A stretch of 60,542 nucleotides of DNA, filler included, from Jimgerdemannia flammicorona (taxonomy: Eukaryota), in assembly GCA_003990765.1 (NCBI GenBank). It is 3 parts of 3 records of this genome, joined end to end, with 100 filler letters (N's around TTAATTAATTAA, not from the genome) between each part and the next. Parts side by side here need not be neighbours in the genome. Positions count along the whole stretch, not along the records: positions 1 to 20,116 come from RBNJ01001756.1; 2 more parts are not named here. One strand, written 5' to 3'. The stretch's first letter is position 1, and each line of letters starts with the position of its first letter. Both the position numbers and the translations under genes were made by a program. The notes beneath the pieces are model-generated. The model saw only the letters and a program-made list of their open reading frames with translations, did no database searches and had not been told where the DNA came from. Of the stretch, positions 1-13,660 are shown in pieces.

Positions 1-13
1 AAAAAAAAAAAAA

Positions 14-3000
14 GGAGGTGGGGAACCTACTTTGGATGTGCAGGATGATGAATAACCTGGTGGCAGAAGAGTTGGGGGAGGTGGACTTACGAGTGATGGG
101 TGATGAGCACTGGGTGCAGATTTTGCAGGGAGATGGAGTGATGATGGCACTGAAGGCAGAAATTCTTGCAGTGTATCTGGAGGAGGAAGGGTATGAGGTA
201 GACAAGGAGCAGGAGGCAGAGATGGCAGTTGTTGCTGGGGAGAGGGCTGAGTACTGTTGGAACAAGCATCATGGATTGCAGCTTTGGCAGGAAGCTTGCA
301 TTGAGTACAGAGAGGAGTTTGAGGAGAAGGCAGATGGGGAGATGAATGAACTGTTGGCTGGATTGGAGGCTCAGAGGGCTGAAGAGGAGGAGGTGATGGC
401 AGAACATAATCTGGACACAGCACAGGAGGAGATGAGCATGGAGCAGTAGAGATCGACTGATAACAAATCATATTTCATTATGAACAGTACAACCAACATT
501 TTTTCTTTGAACGTGAATGGGCTACGGGGCGCAGTTAGATGTAGGAACATTTTTATTTGGCTGAAGGGATTGGAGGCCGATCTCTTCCTCTTGCAGGATG
601 TCAGGTGTGAGGATGACTCTGATAGGATGGAATGGACTAAGGAATGGGGTAGCCTGGCGATTTGGAATAGCAAGGTCAGGATTCTGGTTTGGAAAGGCAG
701 AGGGGAGATAAGAGATGTGAGGAGCTGGGGGGAGAGACTGGTCTGGGGTGAGTGGATTTGTGCAGGCTGGGAGCCAGTTACATTTGGCTCCTGTTACTGC
801 CCTGCTGTACAGGGGGAGTGTGTAGATTGGGTGAAGGGTCTCCAGGAGAGTAGGATCCTTGCAGAGGCTGGAGTGGATATGCTTGGGGGAGATTTCAACA
901 TGATTTGGGATATACAGATGGATAGAACTGATAGAAGATGGGGTGCTGAGAGCAGGAGTGGGGGGCTGGCAATGTGGGAGGAAGTCGAAAGACTAAGAGC
1001 ACTGGTAGATACTAGTAGGGAGTACTGGGGAGATAGGAGGGTATATACGCATTGGGCTGGAGGCCTGGGGACAAGGATTGACTGGATTCTGACAGCCAAC
1101 TTTTGGGGCCGAGATGTTTGGAAGTCACTGGAGGTGGAATGGTGTCCATGGTCAGATCACTGGGACCTTTTGGGACAGGGGTGCTTTGGGGGAAGTGGGG
1201 ATGGGCCTGGACATTGGAACCTAAATTCCTCCTTGTTATATGATGAGTCCTGGTGGGAGGAGTGGGCTAAAGACATTCAGCTGAGGGTGGAGAACTGGCG
1301 GCAGGAAGGGGCCTCAATTGGGGTTTGGTGGATGAGGATGAAAGAGATGGCCAGGATGTACTGGAGCGAGGCTGGCAGAGAGGCAGGGAAGCAGCGAAGG
1401 CAGAGAGTGCATTGGGCTTCTACTAGATTGGCTAGGCTCCTGGAGGAGTGGGCGAGACTGGCAATAGTGGAGGGAGAAGAAGATTGGAGAATAATGAGGG
1501 TGAAGATGGAGGTTGGGGAACTACAACAGGTGCTGCGGGAAGAGGAAGAGGTAAGGGTGTAAGGCCTGGTGGCACAGCTCTGTTGGCAGGGGCTGGAGGA
1601 AGGGGAGAGGCCTTCCAAGTTTCTCACAAAGACCCTTAGGGCGAGAAGGGTACAGCAGCGGTGGGAAGGAGTACTTGACTCAGATGGTGTACTGGTGCAT
1701 AGTGTCAGGATATTCTTGGATTACTGATAGAGCGATGGAGTGGATTGTGGAGTGAGGAGGAGGGTGGGGCAGATGCTACTGCTGTTGACCAAACATTAGA
1801 AGATTGGCACCCACCACAAGTTGAGGGACTAGGTGACCTGTTGATGCTTGTAATGAAGGATGAGATCCACCAGGTTCTTGCCGTGACAGCCTCAGGTACA
1901 GCACCTGGAGAGGATGGCCTACCCTGGGACTTCTGGAAGTGAATGGTTGGAGTTCCACATGTGATGAGGGAGTTGATGGCATTGTGTGACTTTATATTGC
2001 AGACAGGGAGATGGGTGGGGGAGCAGGATCTTGGGCTGGTGACACTGCTTTATAAGAATAAAGGAAGGCAAGAGAATTGGAAGAACTGGTGGCTGATAAT
2101 GTTGCTAGATATGGACAGAAAGTTGGTGACTAAGGTGGTGGTCACGAGGCTTCAGAAGGTAGCCCAGCAAATTGTAGTTGTTGAGCAGAGGGGTTTTGTG
2201 AGTGGTCAGCTCATTAGAGATGGCACAGCCTGGGTATATGGAGTTATTGAAGGGGCTAGAGCCTGTGGACTGGATGGGTGTCCAGTCTTCTTGGACCAGG
2301 AGAAGGCTTATAACTGGGTGTAATGAGTCTGGCTGATGAAAGTATTAGACAGAATTGGGGTTCTGATCCAATTTCGGTCAGCAATGGTCAGCCTACTGGA
2401 AGGGAGTAGGGCTGCACTCATGTGTAATGGGCATAGAGGGGTAGTATTCCCTCTGGGTAGGGGGGTGCCCCAGGGAGACCGACTGTCCCCCATTTTGTAT
2501 ACTCTTTCCTTGGAACCCCTAATGGACAGAATTAGGCGGAGGATAGTGGGGCTCTCTATCTATGGCATTGGTTGGAAAGTTGGGGCTTTTGCAGATGACA
2601 TGGTGATTGGTTTGGGATTGATTGCTAATGTCGAGGAGCTCAAAAAAACAGTGGAGTGGTATGAGGAGAACTCTGGGGCGAAGCTGAATTGGCACAAGTG
2701 TGAAACAATGGTGCTGGGCAATGGCCTAGTGGGAGGAGAAGTTATAGGAACAATTGTCCCCACCAGTGAGGCAGTGTGGTACTTGGGTATCTATTTGTCA
2801 GTCTATGGGTCAGTTCTGCCCAGGCTTTGGTAGAAGCAGCAAATTGGAAGTTGGGAGGAGGACCTGTGGGGTAGGGGGGGAAGAAACCTTTCTCTGGTGG
2901 GAAGGGTCTCAATTTTGAATATATATTGGATGCCAAAGCTGTGGTATTTGGCTTATCATCTAGACTTCCCAGCCTGGGTGGTGAAGAGATTGGTGAAGGT

Positions 3001-4193
3001 GGCCAAGAGATGGATTTGGGCTAGCAGACAGAGTCAGATTGGTTGGGAGACCTTGTCCCTACCAGTGGCGAGAGGTGGTCTTGGGCTGGTGGACTTTCCC
3101 AAATGACTACACTGCTTGAGGGCATGGTGGCTTAAGAGGGCAGTGGAGTTGCAAGGAGGGGGTTGGATTCCCCTGCTGCAGAAGGTCTGGGAGAGGTGGA
3201 CATCACTGAGAGGCTCGACTGATGATCTTCTCTCATTGGTTAGACTTCAGAGCACTGCACAATTGTGATATAAAGGTTTCTAGTGGGGGATAGTGGAGGG
3301 GGCACACCGCATTGGTATTTGCTGGCAGCGGAATGAGGGGGAGGAGGCTTGGGACCTGGTGATGTGGAGATGGGATGGCATACTACTGGGCAGCATACCT
3401 TTACTTGAGTTCGATGTTGGTGATGGAATAGAATGCCAAAGGGGACCAGGCCAGGATCTGTGGCCTAGCAGTTGGCAAGAAGTTGGAATTGGAGAGGAGT
3501 GGGACTAGCATGGTGTTTGGACCTGGAGTGCCGCAGTGCAAAAATAGATGCCACCGAAGTACTGGGTGGTCTGGTGGCGCATGCTGAGGAGGAATGTAAT
3601 GCTCAACTTCTGCTCAGGGCACCTTATCATAGGGGGTTGTTTCAACTGTGAGGAGTGCCATAATGTAGGGCAAGAAGGGGGCTTTGTATAGATACCAGAA
3701 CATTGGCTAGGAGAGTGTGAGGTGTTGGGAGACTTTTGGCAGGCCATCAGGGACCACTTGGGGGTGAGGCATAGAGGAGATGAAGTATGGGGGAGGTGGA
3801 GGACCTGAGGGATCGATTGGTAGGAGGGGTAGGAAAGGAGTGGATTATCTTAGGCTGGGCAATGGCTATTTGGGTAGGGCTGGCCAGTTACTGGCTATTT
3901 GTTTTTGAGGATAGGAGGCGACAGAACTTGGGGAGTTGGTTATCATGGTGGCAGAGCCTTATGGAGGACACCTTGACAGGCTGGTGGCTTGGTTGGGGGC
4001 TGCAGGGGGGTCAGAGGTGCTGCTTGATGGAGAAAATCAGTGGACAGAGTGGTGAGAGAGTTGGAGTCATTGGTGAGAGGGTGATCTTTATTTGTGAAGA
4101 GGTGGAGAGGAGCTCCCCTATGGGGATCGGATAGTGGGTGGTGATATTGTATACTTATTCATAGACTGGTAATAAAGATGGAGTCCAAGTGAC

Positions 4194-4232
<39 letters not shown>
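14..4232 (+). mobile_element. L1/Tx1-like non-LTR retrotransposon, copy A (3' part of ORF1, ORF2, poly(A) tail), degenerate
   Basis: End of ORF1 (18-449), then ORF2 with APE motifs (SLNVNGL, GGDFN, RIDW, SDH), RT motifs (LDQEKAY, GVPQGDRLSP, AFADD, YLGI) and a C-terminal Cys/His cluster. AATAAA at 4171 and poly(A) at 4197-4232. Multiple stops and frameshifts. Confidence 0.95.
480..4134 (+). pseudogene. LINE ORF2 (apurinic endonuclease + reverse transcriptase + zinc finger), broken
   Basis: ORF pieces 480-1562, 1745-1942, 1943-2323, 2336-2833, 2897-3106, 3293-3508 and 3787-4134 are collinear parts of one APE-RT polyprotein. Confidence 0.93.
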
Positions 4233-4235
<3 letters not shown>

Positions 4236-7200
4236 ATTGATTGATTTGTAGAACACCAGAACAGAGGGATGTCAGGTGGGGCTGGGTATGTTAAGTAGAG
4301 ATGGTAAAGTAAAGATATGACATATAGCATGGCAGAGTCTGTTTTAGTAATAAAAAGTGATATTTTCTAGCAGAATAGATCTGTTTGAGAGGCTGGCAGG
4401 GTGAGTATAATATGGGTGGAGTCTGTAATGTTAGGTTGAAAGACCACATTGCCACAGAACAACTGAGAGATAAGATTGAAAGAACCATCCTATGTGAATT
4501 TGCTTGACAGAAGAAACTGGATATATATAAGTGACTTTGCAGTTGCAAGATGCAGATTTTCATAATCAGATAACTAAAGTAAACTGATAAGGTTGCAAAG
4601 AATACTGAGTATAATAGAAAGCTAAGGTTGAGCAAAGTGGACATCTAGTCACCACTTTACACCATGCATCACTCAGAGAAGTTGATAAAGACTAATGAAT
4701 AGATTAGAAAAGCCAGAGTCAATATGAAGAGGCTGAATGGCCAAGAGATAACATTTGATTATAGTTAGTTGAAGTTATCAAAATGTCAAGCTACAGATCC
4801 ACCACATTAGCACCAGTTTGGATGCAGGCAGAGGGCTGCTGGAGATATGATTATCACTATAGAGAGTACAGAATTAGAGGAAACTGCATTGTCCTAAAGA
4901 ATATGAGCAGCACATTGATTTTGCCAGTTCAAACCACAAAAAGAAGGCAATGATTGGTAGAAGTGCAGAATACAAATGATACCAATTGTACTCAGATATA
5001 TCTAAATATAGAAAGCAAGATGACAGAAATAAGGAAAGTTAGTATAGAATAGAGCATTAGCAATGCCATTATTGGATATTGAGATAAATATAGCACAAAG
5101 TTGAAAAGTGTGGTGTGTCATTAAAAAATAGAGCTGGTAGAGGAGTTCCAATAGAAGAGAGTTGCAGAAGGAGCCTGAGTTAATAATGGCTGGTTATTGG
5201 TATAAAGCAATATATTGTTAAAATTCTATTAAATTCCCCAGGTAGCAGTGGCAGTGACCATAGCATAGAGTTCCTTGAACTGAATGTTACATAAGGCCAT
5301 ATTAAGAGACCAAGGAGCAGAAAACCATTCACTATTAAAATGTACACCAAAGCCTTAGGCATCACTAGCATCTATCCATAGATGTACATCAGGTTCATAG
5401 TACTATGCTACCAGATATATGATGGAAATACTATCCCAGTGGGGTAGAAATTGGAGCCACTATTAAATATCTACATAGAACTTCTCATTCAATATAATGT
5501 GAAATAAGGTATTGTCAGAAAGGAGGTCAATAAACTGCCAAAGGAATGGGTGGTCAGGTAAAATAATTTTACAAGCAAATGCCAAAAAGCCAACAAGAGA
5601 TTACAGTTGAGGGCATATGTATAGCATATACTATAACTATAGCTAAAGAATAGTAAGCAATATATCAAGCTTACCAGGAGGAAGATGGGCTTTCATAGCC
5701 ATTGAATCTAGTTTGATGTCCAAGAAAACAAGTAAGGTTGACAGGCCCCCAATCTTATGTTCCTGAATCAACCAACCAAGATGGCAATAGATGGCAAAGA
5801 GCAAACATAGATTGATAAGGATGGATGAACAGGGCAGTAGCAAGATCAGGAGAAAGTCATCAATATAGTAAATGAGTATACTTATGTTGTGATAATAGAC
5901 AATCTATATAAGAAGTTCTGTGAAAAGGTTGAAAATAAATAGTGACAAAGATACAATGAAAGGTATATACTGATCAAAGTAAAACTGACTGGACCATTTA
6001 AAGCCCAGTAACTCCCAATCTGTATAATGGATAAAAATATGATAATATGTATCAGTGAGATTGATCTTTGATAAAAGACAGCTCTAGCCAAAGTAGTGAA
6101 CCAAGTCCAAAGTCTTATTAAACTTAATATAGGAAATCTGAAATGTATTAGTATCAATACTGATATTAATGAAATCACTGTGATGAGGCCAAGAGAGGTC
6201 ATGAATTTGATGCCATGCATTACTCAAATTCTTCATAATGGTGCTAAGAGGAGATAAGCAGAAGCATTCAAACAGAGGAGATAAAAATGGGCTACAAATC
6301 CTGCCAGTAGTCACCTTCTGCTTGATATCAGATGTGATTACCTCTGGATGGTCAAGAGCAGAGCAATGATTATAGGACAGTGAGTACTGATGAGGCCCAT
6401 CAAAGCCAAGAAGAGCACCATGAGTAATGGCAGTAATGGCAGCCTGATCTACCAATGAATCAGGATACAACTGGAGCTCATATGCATATGTGAGAGGTTG
6501 AAGAGCAGAAGGGGGAAGAGGAAAATAACATAGAATGTCTAGAGCAGTATCATTAGGTGGGGCAGTAAATGGGTGATAAAGTAGGGTATTTGGAGCAGCT
6601 GGGGATATATATATAGAATAAGTGGGGGTGAGTTCCTAGGGATGAGGCAATAGATTATAGGAACATTGATACTACAGATGATTGCTACTGCAACAAGAGC
6701 AGGTATGTGTATAAGAGCAACCTTTTCTACTGTACCCAGGATCCTTCATGGGTGACTCATCAAACAGAACACCATTATATACCTGACAAGTAGACCATTT
6801 AGAGGCATTATTGGCAGATAGAGCAGAGGAGCTATCAGTAAGATGTAGCTGCTATTGTGTATTGCAAGACTTAGAGGACTTAGGCAGATGAGATATAGAG
6901 GTCAGAGTTTATAGATGTTGATGCAAACTAAGAATGATAAAGAGGTCAGAGTCATACCAGGCCTAATGCTTATACTATACTAAAGAGATACTGTCATTCG
7001 CAATCTCTGCCAGTCATTTTGTATAAAAGAAAACATATAGTCAAGGAGCATAGACCAATACAATGATATTGAGAGTAAGATAAAATCTATGGTATATATA
7101 AAGAATGGGGTAAGATTGGTAAGGCCTGGGTACATATTGTATAGAATACTAAAGTATATAAGTAGGGTAGCAAGGAAAGCAGGAATGTCCAGAAGGTCTT

Positions 7201-8385
7201 TGATAAGAGATTGCAGCTTATGAAGAATGATCCAAGCACCTGACTTATCAAATATTTCAATAATTTGAGCTTCAGGAAAACCACTGATAGAGATGACATT
7301 CTGCTCCAGAAAATGGCCAAGTAATATAACAGTGAATAAATTGTTGATAACCACAGCCAACAGTCATTGATTGATATAGGCATACATATTTCAGAGAGAG
7401 GTTGACACTCTAAACAATAGTATGGGCAGAGATGACAGAAGGAGATAAAGAGATAGACTCACTCTGAGGATTACTAGCAGGGTCATAAATGCTAGTAAGA
7501 TGAACTGCAGAGATAGATGGTAGAGGTTGGGATGTGGATACAATAGCTGCTGAAAGAGAGACAGTAGCATGATCAATAAATTCTTGATCAATAATGAGAT
7601 ATATAGCCTGATTAGAGACAACAGGTACTTCAGTAGTCAGTACTGGTGCTAATGAAGATACAGTATCTGGGTGAGAGCATAGAAGCTAAAAAAGTTCATT
7701 AAACTAATAGTCTTGTGCAGATGCATACTCCTGAAGCTGAGAAATACTGGCTTTGATAGAAATATCAGTATCTGGTATACTAGGAAAGACTGGTCTGGCC
7801 ACTATAGTACTGACAGAAGCCTTGGATGCAATATATACTGAAAAGTGTGTAGTTCAGCAAGGTACAGGGGTAGAATTATCAGTGAGATTGATAAGATAAT
7901 TAGTGAGAATATCAATATCAGGTTCTCACTATCAGACTCTGGCTTATTCTGCAGGAAGCAGAGTATCTGCTTGATGAAAATAATATCAGAGCAGAAAGGA
8001 CAGATGGTGGAGTCCAGATTATATTGACCCTTTGACATATGAGAAGAGTTGTATCAACACAAAAGGCAGAAATTTGCAGAGAGAACTATGGTGTAATTAA
8101 AAATATACAAATGTATAGAAGTATAGAATATAAGTGTAATATTTGTACAAATATACAGAAGTACAGAATGTGAGTATAAAGTGCATATGAAGTATTGGGT
8201 TGAATGAATGATAGATTGTATATAGAATTAATATGCACACTATGCTAATATCATAAAAGGAAACCTATGCCCAATTTATATATGTCTTAAACAAGAACAT
8301 CAGCATTAAAACATTTCTGAGCACTAGGCACCCAAGATATTCCTACATTCATTGATCTGTGGTCTCAAACAAGCCCACTCATAAT
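4233..8385 (-). mobile_element. Ngaro/DIRS-type tyrosine-recombinase retrotransposon remnant (ORF1, RT, RNase H, start of YR ORF); 3' end cut by LINE A
   Basis: 6470-6084 reads NHCSALDHPEVI...LSPLSTIMK...WHQIHDLSWP...IN, typical of Ngaro RT. RNase H DASD.GFG near 5375-5345. ORF1 C-terminal Cys/His finger (GCSYTHTCSCCSSNH) at about 6730-6660. Confidence 0.85.
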
Positions 8386-8419
8386 ATCTAAATATGTACA
8401 AGGATGATGAGTAAGAAGG

Positions 8420-9000
8420 TCTTAGTTTTATACTCTTAGTCATATAGTTTATTAATTATTAGAAGTATATATTAGTTCTTAATTGAGATCTTATTGAGTA
8501 CTCAGTAATAAATATATATGTAAAGACTCAATCCTTCTTGTAGACAAAGAGAATTAGTACACCATATGGTGACTTCAATAGATAGATGAGACCTTTGCTT
8601 GTTAATTCTGCTAGTTATTCCTTGAGGATCTTTAGCTTAAGTTAGACTAGTTGTTAAATTCTACAGTAGGAAGAGTCTGAACCAGGAATGGTTTCAAAGC
8701 TATGTTCAACTACTTGGGTTGATAGTAGTTCTTGGGGTTCTTGGAAGATGTCTTCATATTTCTTAAGTAGTTCTTAGAGGTTGTTTTTCTTATCATCTTT
8801 ATTCTTTAGAAGTTTAGAGAGTTCTTTATTATCTTCTTCTGGGGTCTTCTTGACTGTATATATAAATGTACTGGTCTGGTCTCCAAATTAACTTCTTTAT
8901 CTGATAATAGAGATAATGTTATATCTGAGCTTTGGTTTTTTCTTAACATACTTGAATTGTATCTTAATATCTCTTAGAGAGATTATATTAATTCACTAAT
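8420..9000 (-). mobile_element. Ty3/Gypsy pol fragment (RT N-terminus)
   Basis: Minus-strand translation LLKKYEDIF...LAELTSKGLI...KSPYGVLILFVYKKD matches the Gypsy RT SPYGAPILFV.KKDG block. Confidence 0.75.
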
Positions 9001-9147
9001 TGATATAGGAATTCTACTGAGTAAGTCAGAATTTTCAAAAAATGAGGTTCTGCCCAAAGAGTTATATAATATAGAAGGTTTGCCTAGTAGTATAATAACT
9101 GAGTTATAGAAGTACATTCTTACATATATTGAGGAGTTTTTATATTG

Positions 9148-9330
9148 TTTTTTTTTTTTTTTTTTTATAGTTACTTGGACTTTTACTTTATTACCTTCCA
9201 ATCTATGCTATACTAATACAGATGTACAAATGTACTCCTCACCCAATCCCACAAAGAGCCTCCCACCTCTCTCTCTCCATCTCTTTGGAAATATATTATT
9301 CTCCCTACAACCCCAATTCTCATTCCTATA
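9148..9330 (-). mobile_element. 5'-truncated LINE 3' stub with poly(A) and TSD
   Basis: Poly(T) 9148-9166 followed by the reverse complement of the LINE 3' end (atagttacttggac...tttattacc). Flanking direct repeat agtttt(t)atattgt at about 9135-9148 and 9331-9343. Confidence 0.85.
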
Positions 9331-9343
9331 AGTTTTATATTGT

Positions 9344-9653
9344 TATAAGAGGGTTACTTATAAAAGTACCATTATATAGTTCTGGAAGGATTTTTTGGAA
9401 GTTCTGAATATTTTGGAGGACTGTTTTTTAAGGTCAAGATCAATTTATATAGAGTATGTCCTTTATGCTTATTGATTTCAAGATCAGGTTGATGTCTCAA
9501 GTAAAGTCCTTTTATGGACTAGTTCTGAATATTCAGGATTTTCAATATTTCAGAAAGTTTAAGAAACAAGACCAGCTTAGTTGAATTGGTATATCATTGC
9601 AGATAATACTTAATTAAAAAATTTCATAATATGATTAGGAGTAGGATCTAATA
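9344..9653 (-). repeat. LTR (about 310 bp) of a Gypsy family; related copy at 38408-38721
   Basis: Collinear similarity with 38408-38721, which abuts a PBS-like sequence and a gag remnant. Confidence 0.75.
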
Positions 9654-10289
9654 AGATATAGATTTACTTAAGAGTGGTTTGTGGATTATTAAATAGGTTT
9701 ATTCACTATTCATAATATTCTATACTAGGAGTAGTTGTGTGAAGAGATATTGTAGGAAGTGTTCAGAAGTTCTTATATGTTCAGATTATTCAAGTCTGAG
9801 ATTCTGAGGTCTGGGGAAAGGGGTATTTAGTGCTCAGAATGAATTGAATTGAATTGAATTTAGACTAAATTCAATTTCATTTGAACCAATTCAAATTAGA
9901 GTCCAATTCAATTCAAATTGAATCAAATTGAATCAAGTCACAATTCTAATTAAATTGAATTCGAAATTTATTCAAAGTTTGAATTTTGAATTGAATTTGA
10001 AATTTGAATTTGAAACTAAATATTGTAATTCCAAACATATGTAATATATCTCACTACATATATATACACACTCTCTTCTAAAGTAATAATATCAGATGTA
10101 CCTTTTATACCCTCTATAGAGGATACTATGATAACAGCCTCAGTGTCAGATATAGCTTCAACAAGTCTAGCTTCAATAAGTCTAGCTTCAATAAGTCTAA
10201 TCTCATCTGAGAAAGAAAAAGAAAAAGTACAAGAATGATCTATTATTTGAAAGGAGTAAATAAGAAAAATAGAGATATTCAAATCAAAT

Positions 10290-12790
10290 ATAACCACTTT
10301 AAGGTAATATATAAGGCTATTGATAGCTCAAAAACAAATTTGTAGACCCATTTTGACAAATTTTATAAGAGTTGTCAAACAGGAGTAATAGAGTTATTTT
10401 TTTTGAAAGTATGGTTTTTATATAACTTACCTGCTTTTTTTCTTTTCTTATTATTAATTCATTGCTACTTGATAATTCTCTAAATAGCCAAGTTTTACTG
10501 TAAAGTTATTTCAAGACAAATTTATTTGTTGGATTATCCATAATAGCCAGCCTTTTATAGTTGTTAAAAATTCAGAGCTGGAAGATGTTTTTTGCCTTCT
10601 AAAACTGAATTATACTATTCCTTCTGCTGGAACTATATAAAGTGAAATTAGACTGACCTTTCAATGAAAATATGATGCTATTAAAATTACACTATAGGTA
10701 AGATTTAATATCTTAATATTGAATATGAATTCAAATATTTCAAAGTTGTGTGGCTTTGAATTAACCTTATTTTGATTTATTTATTTGGAAATAGAATATA
10801 CCTAGTCAAATATCCTTCACTATTAATATATAGATATCACCCAATATGTATGCATTTCTTGGAATTAATATATACTGGATTTGCCAAAATTGGTATCTCA
10901 ACTCTATGTTGATTAATTTTGTCAAACTGTCAGAATCTCATTTGGGTGAAAATCTTACTGGTGTCTTTGTGAACTGTGTTTAAGATTTTGGTATACAGAC
11001 AAAGATATATAGAGAACAAGCCTTTCAAAAAGATCATATTTTAAAAAGGTTGGGTTTTTAAAAAAGGTTGGATTTTTGAAAAAGGTCAGATTTTAGAAAA
11101 AGGTCAGGTTTTTGAAAAAGGTCAGGTTTTCAAAAAAGGTTGGATTTTTGAAAAAGGTTGGGTTTTTGAAAAAGGTCAGATTTTTGAAAAAGATCAGGTT
11201 TTCAAAAAAGGTCAGATTTTTGAAAAAGATTGGGTTTTCAAAAAAAAACAGTGGTCAGGTTTTTGAAAAAGGTCAGGTTTTTGAAAAAGATCATCTTATA
11301 TTTGAATTATTGATTTTTCACTCTAGATATTTGCTATAATAAGATAATATATCCAATAACATTACATTTTTTCAAACAATCAGAACAGAGTTTGATTATA
11401 CTGGCCTCAACTATCAGCCAGTATAATATATATGCTATCTGGCTCATGTTATTAATTTGGCTGTTCAGGACATTTTAGTCTATTTAAAAGCTGATGATGA
11501 TGTGAGTAAAGATGGTTCTGGAGAAATAATTTCAAAGCTCTGATTAATTATTATCAAGATCCAGTTATTACCACAATATTGAGAAAGATTTACTATATAA
11601 TATAAAGCTTTTAAAGTCTGCAATCCAAAAGAACTTATTTTGGATATTAAAACTTGATAGAATTTAACATATTTGATGATTGAATGAGCCTTAGAATTAT
11701 CAGAGGTAAGCTGATTATATTATATTTAATTTTTTTATTTTTCAGTTTTTTCTTCAAATAATCTAATGAATCAATTTATTAATAGCTATTAATCTCAACA
11801 GTTATAGCTGATAAAGATTTGCAAAAATATACTATAGAAGACTATACTTGGCTGATACTAAAAGATATTATTGGTGTGCTAAAGTGCTTTAAACAAGCAA
11901 TAGATCTTGCAGCTCAGCATAAATATCCAATTATTTATTCTGCTACTTCTATTTATAACTTTCTAATGGATAGTTGGAGGATAATGATCAAGAAATTCAA
12001 AAACTTACAGAAGAGCTAAATATCATTCACTTAGCACTAACTGCAGCTATTACCAAGTTAAAGATATATTATTTAATGACAAATACTCCAATTTATTATA
12101 TTGGTATAGTGGTAAGTAACTATTTTGATATTGAAGACAACATAAATATATTTTGAAATTCACTTATTGGCTACTAGTAATATATTTTAAATTTTATTTT
12201 ATTTTATTTTTTAATATAAACTAGTACTTGATCCTAGGCTTAAGCTAGAATATTATTTTTTGCACAATTGGGAAGAGATTTGGATTGAAGAGGCTAAAGA
12301 CAAACTTTATATAATTTATAATAAAAACTATACTCCTCTATCTGGATCAATTAATTGAACAATTTCTGAAGATCATGAAGTAGAAGATGACATTGATGCT
12401 GTACTATATGAATATATATTCAACAAAAGACAAAAACTGATAACAAATCCTGAGCAGGAGATAGATGCTTATTTGAAAAGTAAAACTGTTAAATTTCAAG
12501 CAGGAGTTGATATATTATCTTGGTTGCAAGGGAGTTGGGAATTCATATTTGAATAAGCTCAATTTGAAATATTATTTAAGTTTCTCTAATTGATTTAATT
12601 AATTAGGAGTATTAGGGCCATAGCAGAGATTTCCCAAATCTAGCAAAAATGGCATGCAACTACTTAGCTATCCCAGTAATAAGTACTCTAATTGAGAGTT
12701 TTTTCAAGTAATAAAGATCTTATAGCAGCTAAAAGCAATGCTTTAAACCCTTAAACAATTTGTAAATATATGTATTTAAAGACATAGTAA
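10290..12790 (+). pseudogene. Intron-containing hAT transposase pseudogene
   Basis: ISFT...SPN.YAFLGI...SHLGENL, ILDIKT**NLTYLMIE (decayed LDVKTRWNSTY), LDPRLKLEY, and dimerisation motif FPNLAKMACNYLAIP. GT-AG introns at about 10698-10794, 11706-11785 and 12112-12224. Start coordinate is approximate. Confidence 0.9.
11020..11295. repeat. 18-bp tandem array (TTTTTGAAAAAGGTCAGG-like) inside the hAT transposase gene, probably intronic
   Basis: About 15 imperfect units lying between coding blocks ...DFGIQTK and IFAI..DN..NN. Confidence 0.9.
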
Positions 12791-12929
12791 TCAGTCAAGT
12801 ATTCCAATAAAAATAGCCAATTCCAAATCTCAAAATATAGTTAAATTTCGAAATACCAAATAAATATAGCACTCAGATATCATATTATACAAGTACAACT
12901 CAGAACTTATAGATATATATACCATATCT

Positions 12930-13055
12930 AAATATAATTTCTAAATATATACCTGATTGTCATATTTGAGAATAATTTCTAAATATATACCTGATTGTCA
13001 TATTTGAATATAATTTCTAAATATATATCTGATTGTCATATTTAAATATAATTTC
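12930..13055. repeat. About 38-bp tandem repeat x3 inside the hAT
   Basis: aatttctaaatatatacctgattgtcatatttga repeated. Confidence 0.85.
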
Positions 13056-13219
13056 TGTCATTTCTAGCCCTGATGAGATGAGATATCAATGTGTCTGTCT
13101 GGGAGTACTAGGAACAGATGACAAGCAGCATGAATAGTATAATATATAGAATTTCAAATATATTCAAAGCTTAAGAATATATATTATATATACTTAGTCA
13201 CTATATCTGAAATACTTAT

Positions 13220-13660
13220 ACTTATAAGCTTGCCAGCCCACAAGTCTACAAGTAATAAGTATAAGCTGAGAGCTTTAAATATTGCAGCCCACAAATCTGC
13301 AATCCTGTGAGCAATAAGCATAAGCCAAAAACTTCAAATATTGTATTAAGTACAAACCTACAAGCTCATAATCCCATGAGCAAAAGTGTAAGCCAAGAGC
13401 TTTGAATATTGCAATAAGTATAAGTCCACAATTCTGCAAGCAACAAGTATAAGCTGGGAGCTTTAAATATTGTGGCGAGTATGTATAACAATTCTGCAAA
13501 CAATAAGTATAAGCTAAGAGCTTTGAATATTGCAATAAGTATAAGCCAAGAGCTTCGAATATCACAACAAGCATAAGCCAAGAGCTTCAAATATTATAAT
13601 AAGCACAAGCCCACAATCTCACAAGCAACAAGTGTAAGCCAAGAGCTTTAAATATTGCAC
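13220..13660. repeat. Degenerate tandem array (gcaayaagtataagccaagagctttgaatatt-like units) inside the hAT
   Basis: Repeated 30-60 bp units visible by eye. Confidence 0.8.

Noticed and set aside
1..13. Poly(A) as part of LINE A
   Set aside because: It abuts mid-ORF1 sequence at the contig start; probably the tail of another insertion that cannot be seen.
87..3747. Minus-strand ORFs over LINE A (and equivalents over LINEs B, C and D)
   Set aside because: Antisense shadows of G-rich LINE coding sequence with Ser/Pro/Leu-rich low-information translations.
9840..10015. Telomere or satellite repeat (GAATT)n
   Set aside because: Mirrored at 14530-14715 inside the TIRs; hAT subterminal repeats.
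11112..11339. Repetitive KKVRFL ORF as a real peptide
   Set aside because: Translation of an 18-bp minisatellite inside the hAT.
13220..13660. CRISPR-like array, or ORFs 13275-13574 and 13366-13590
   Set aside because: Degenerate tandem units without unique spacers, eukaryotic context, no cas genes.
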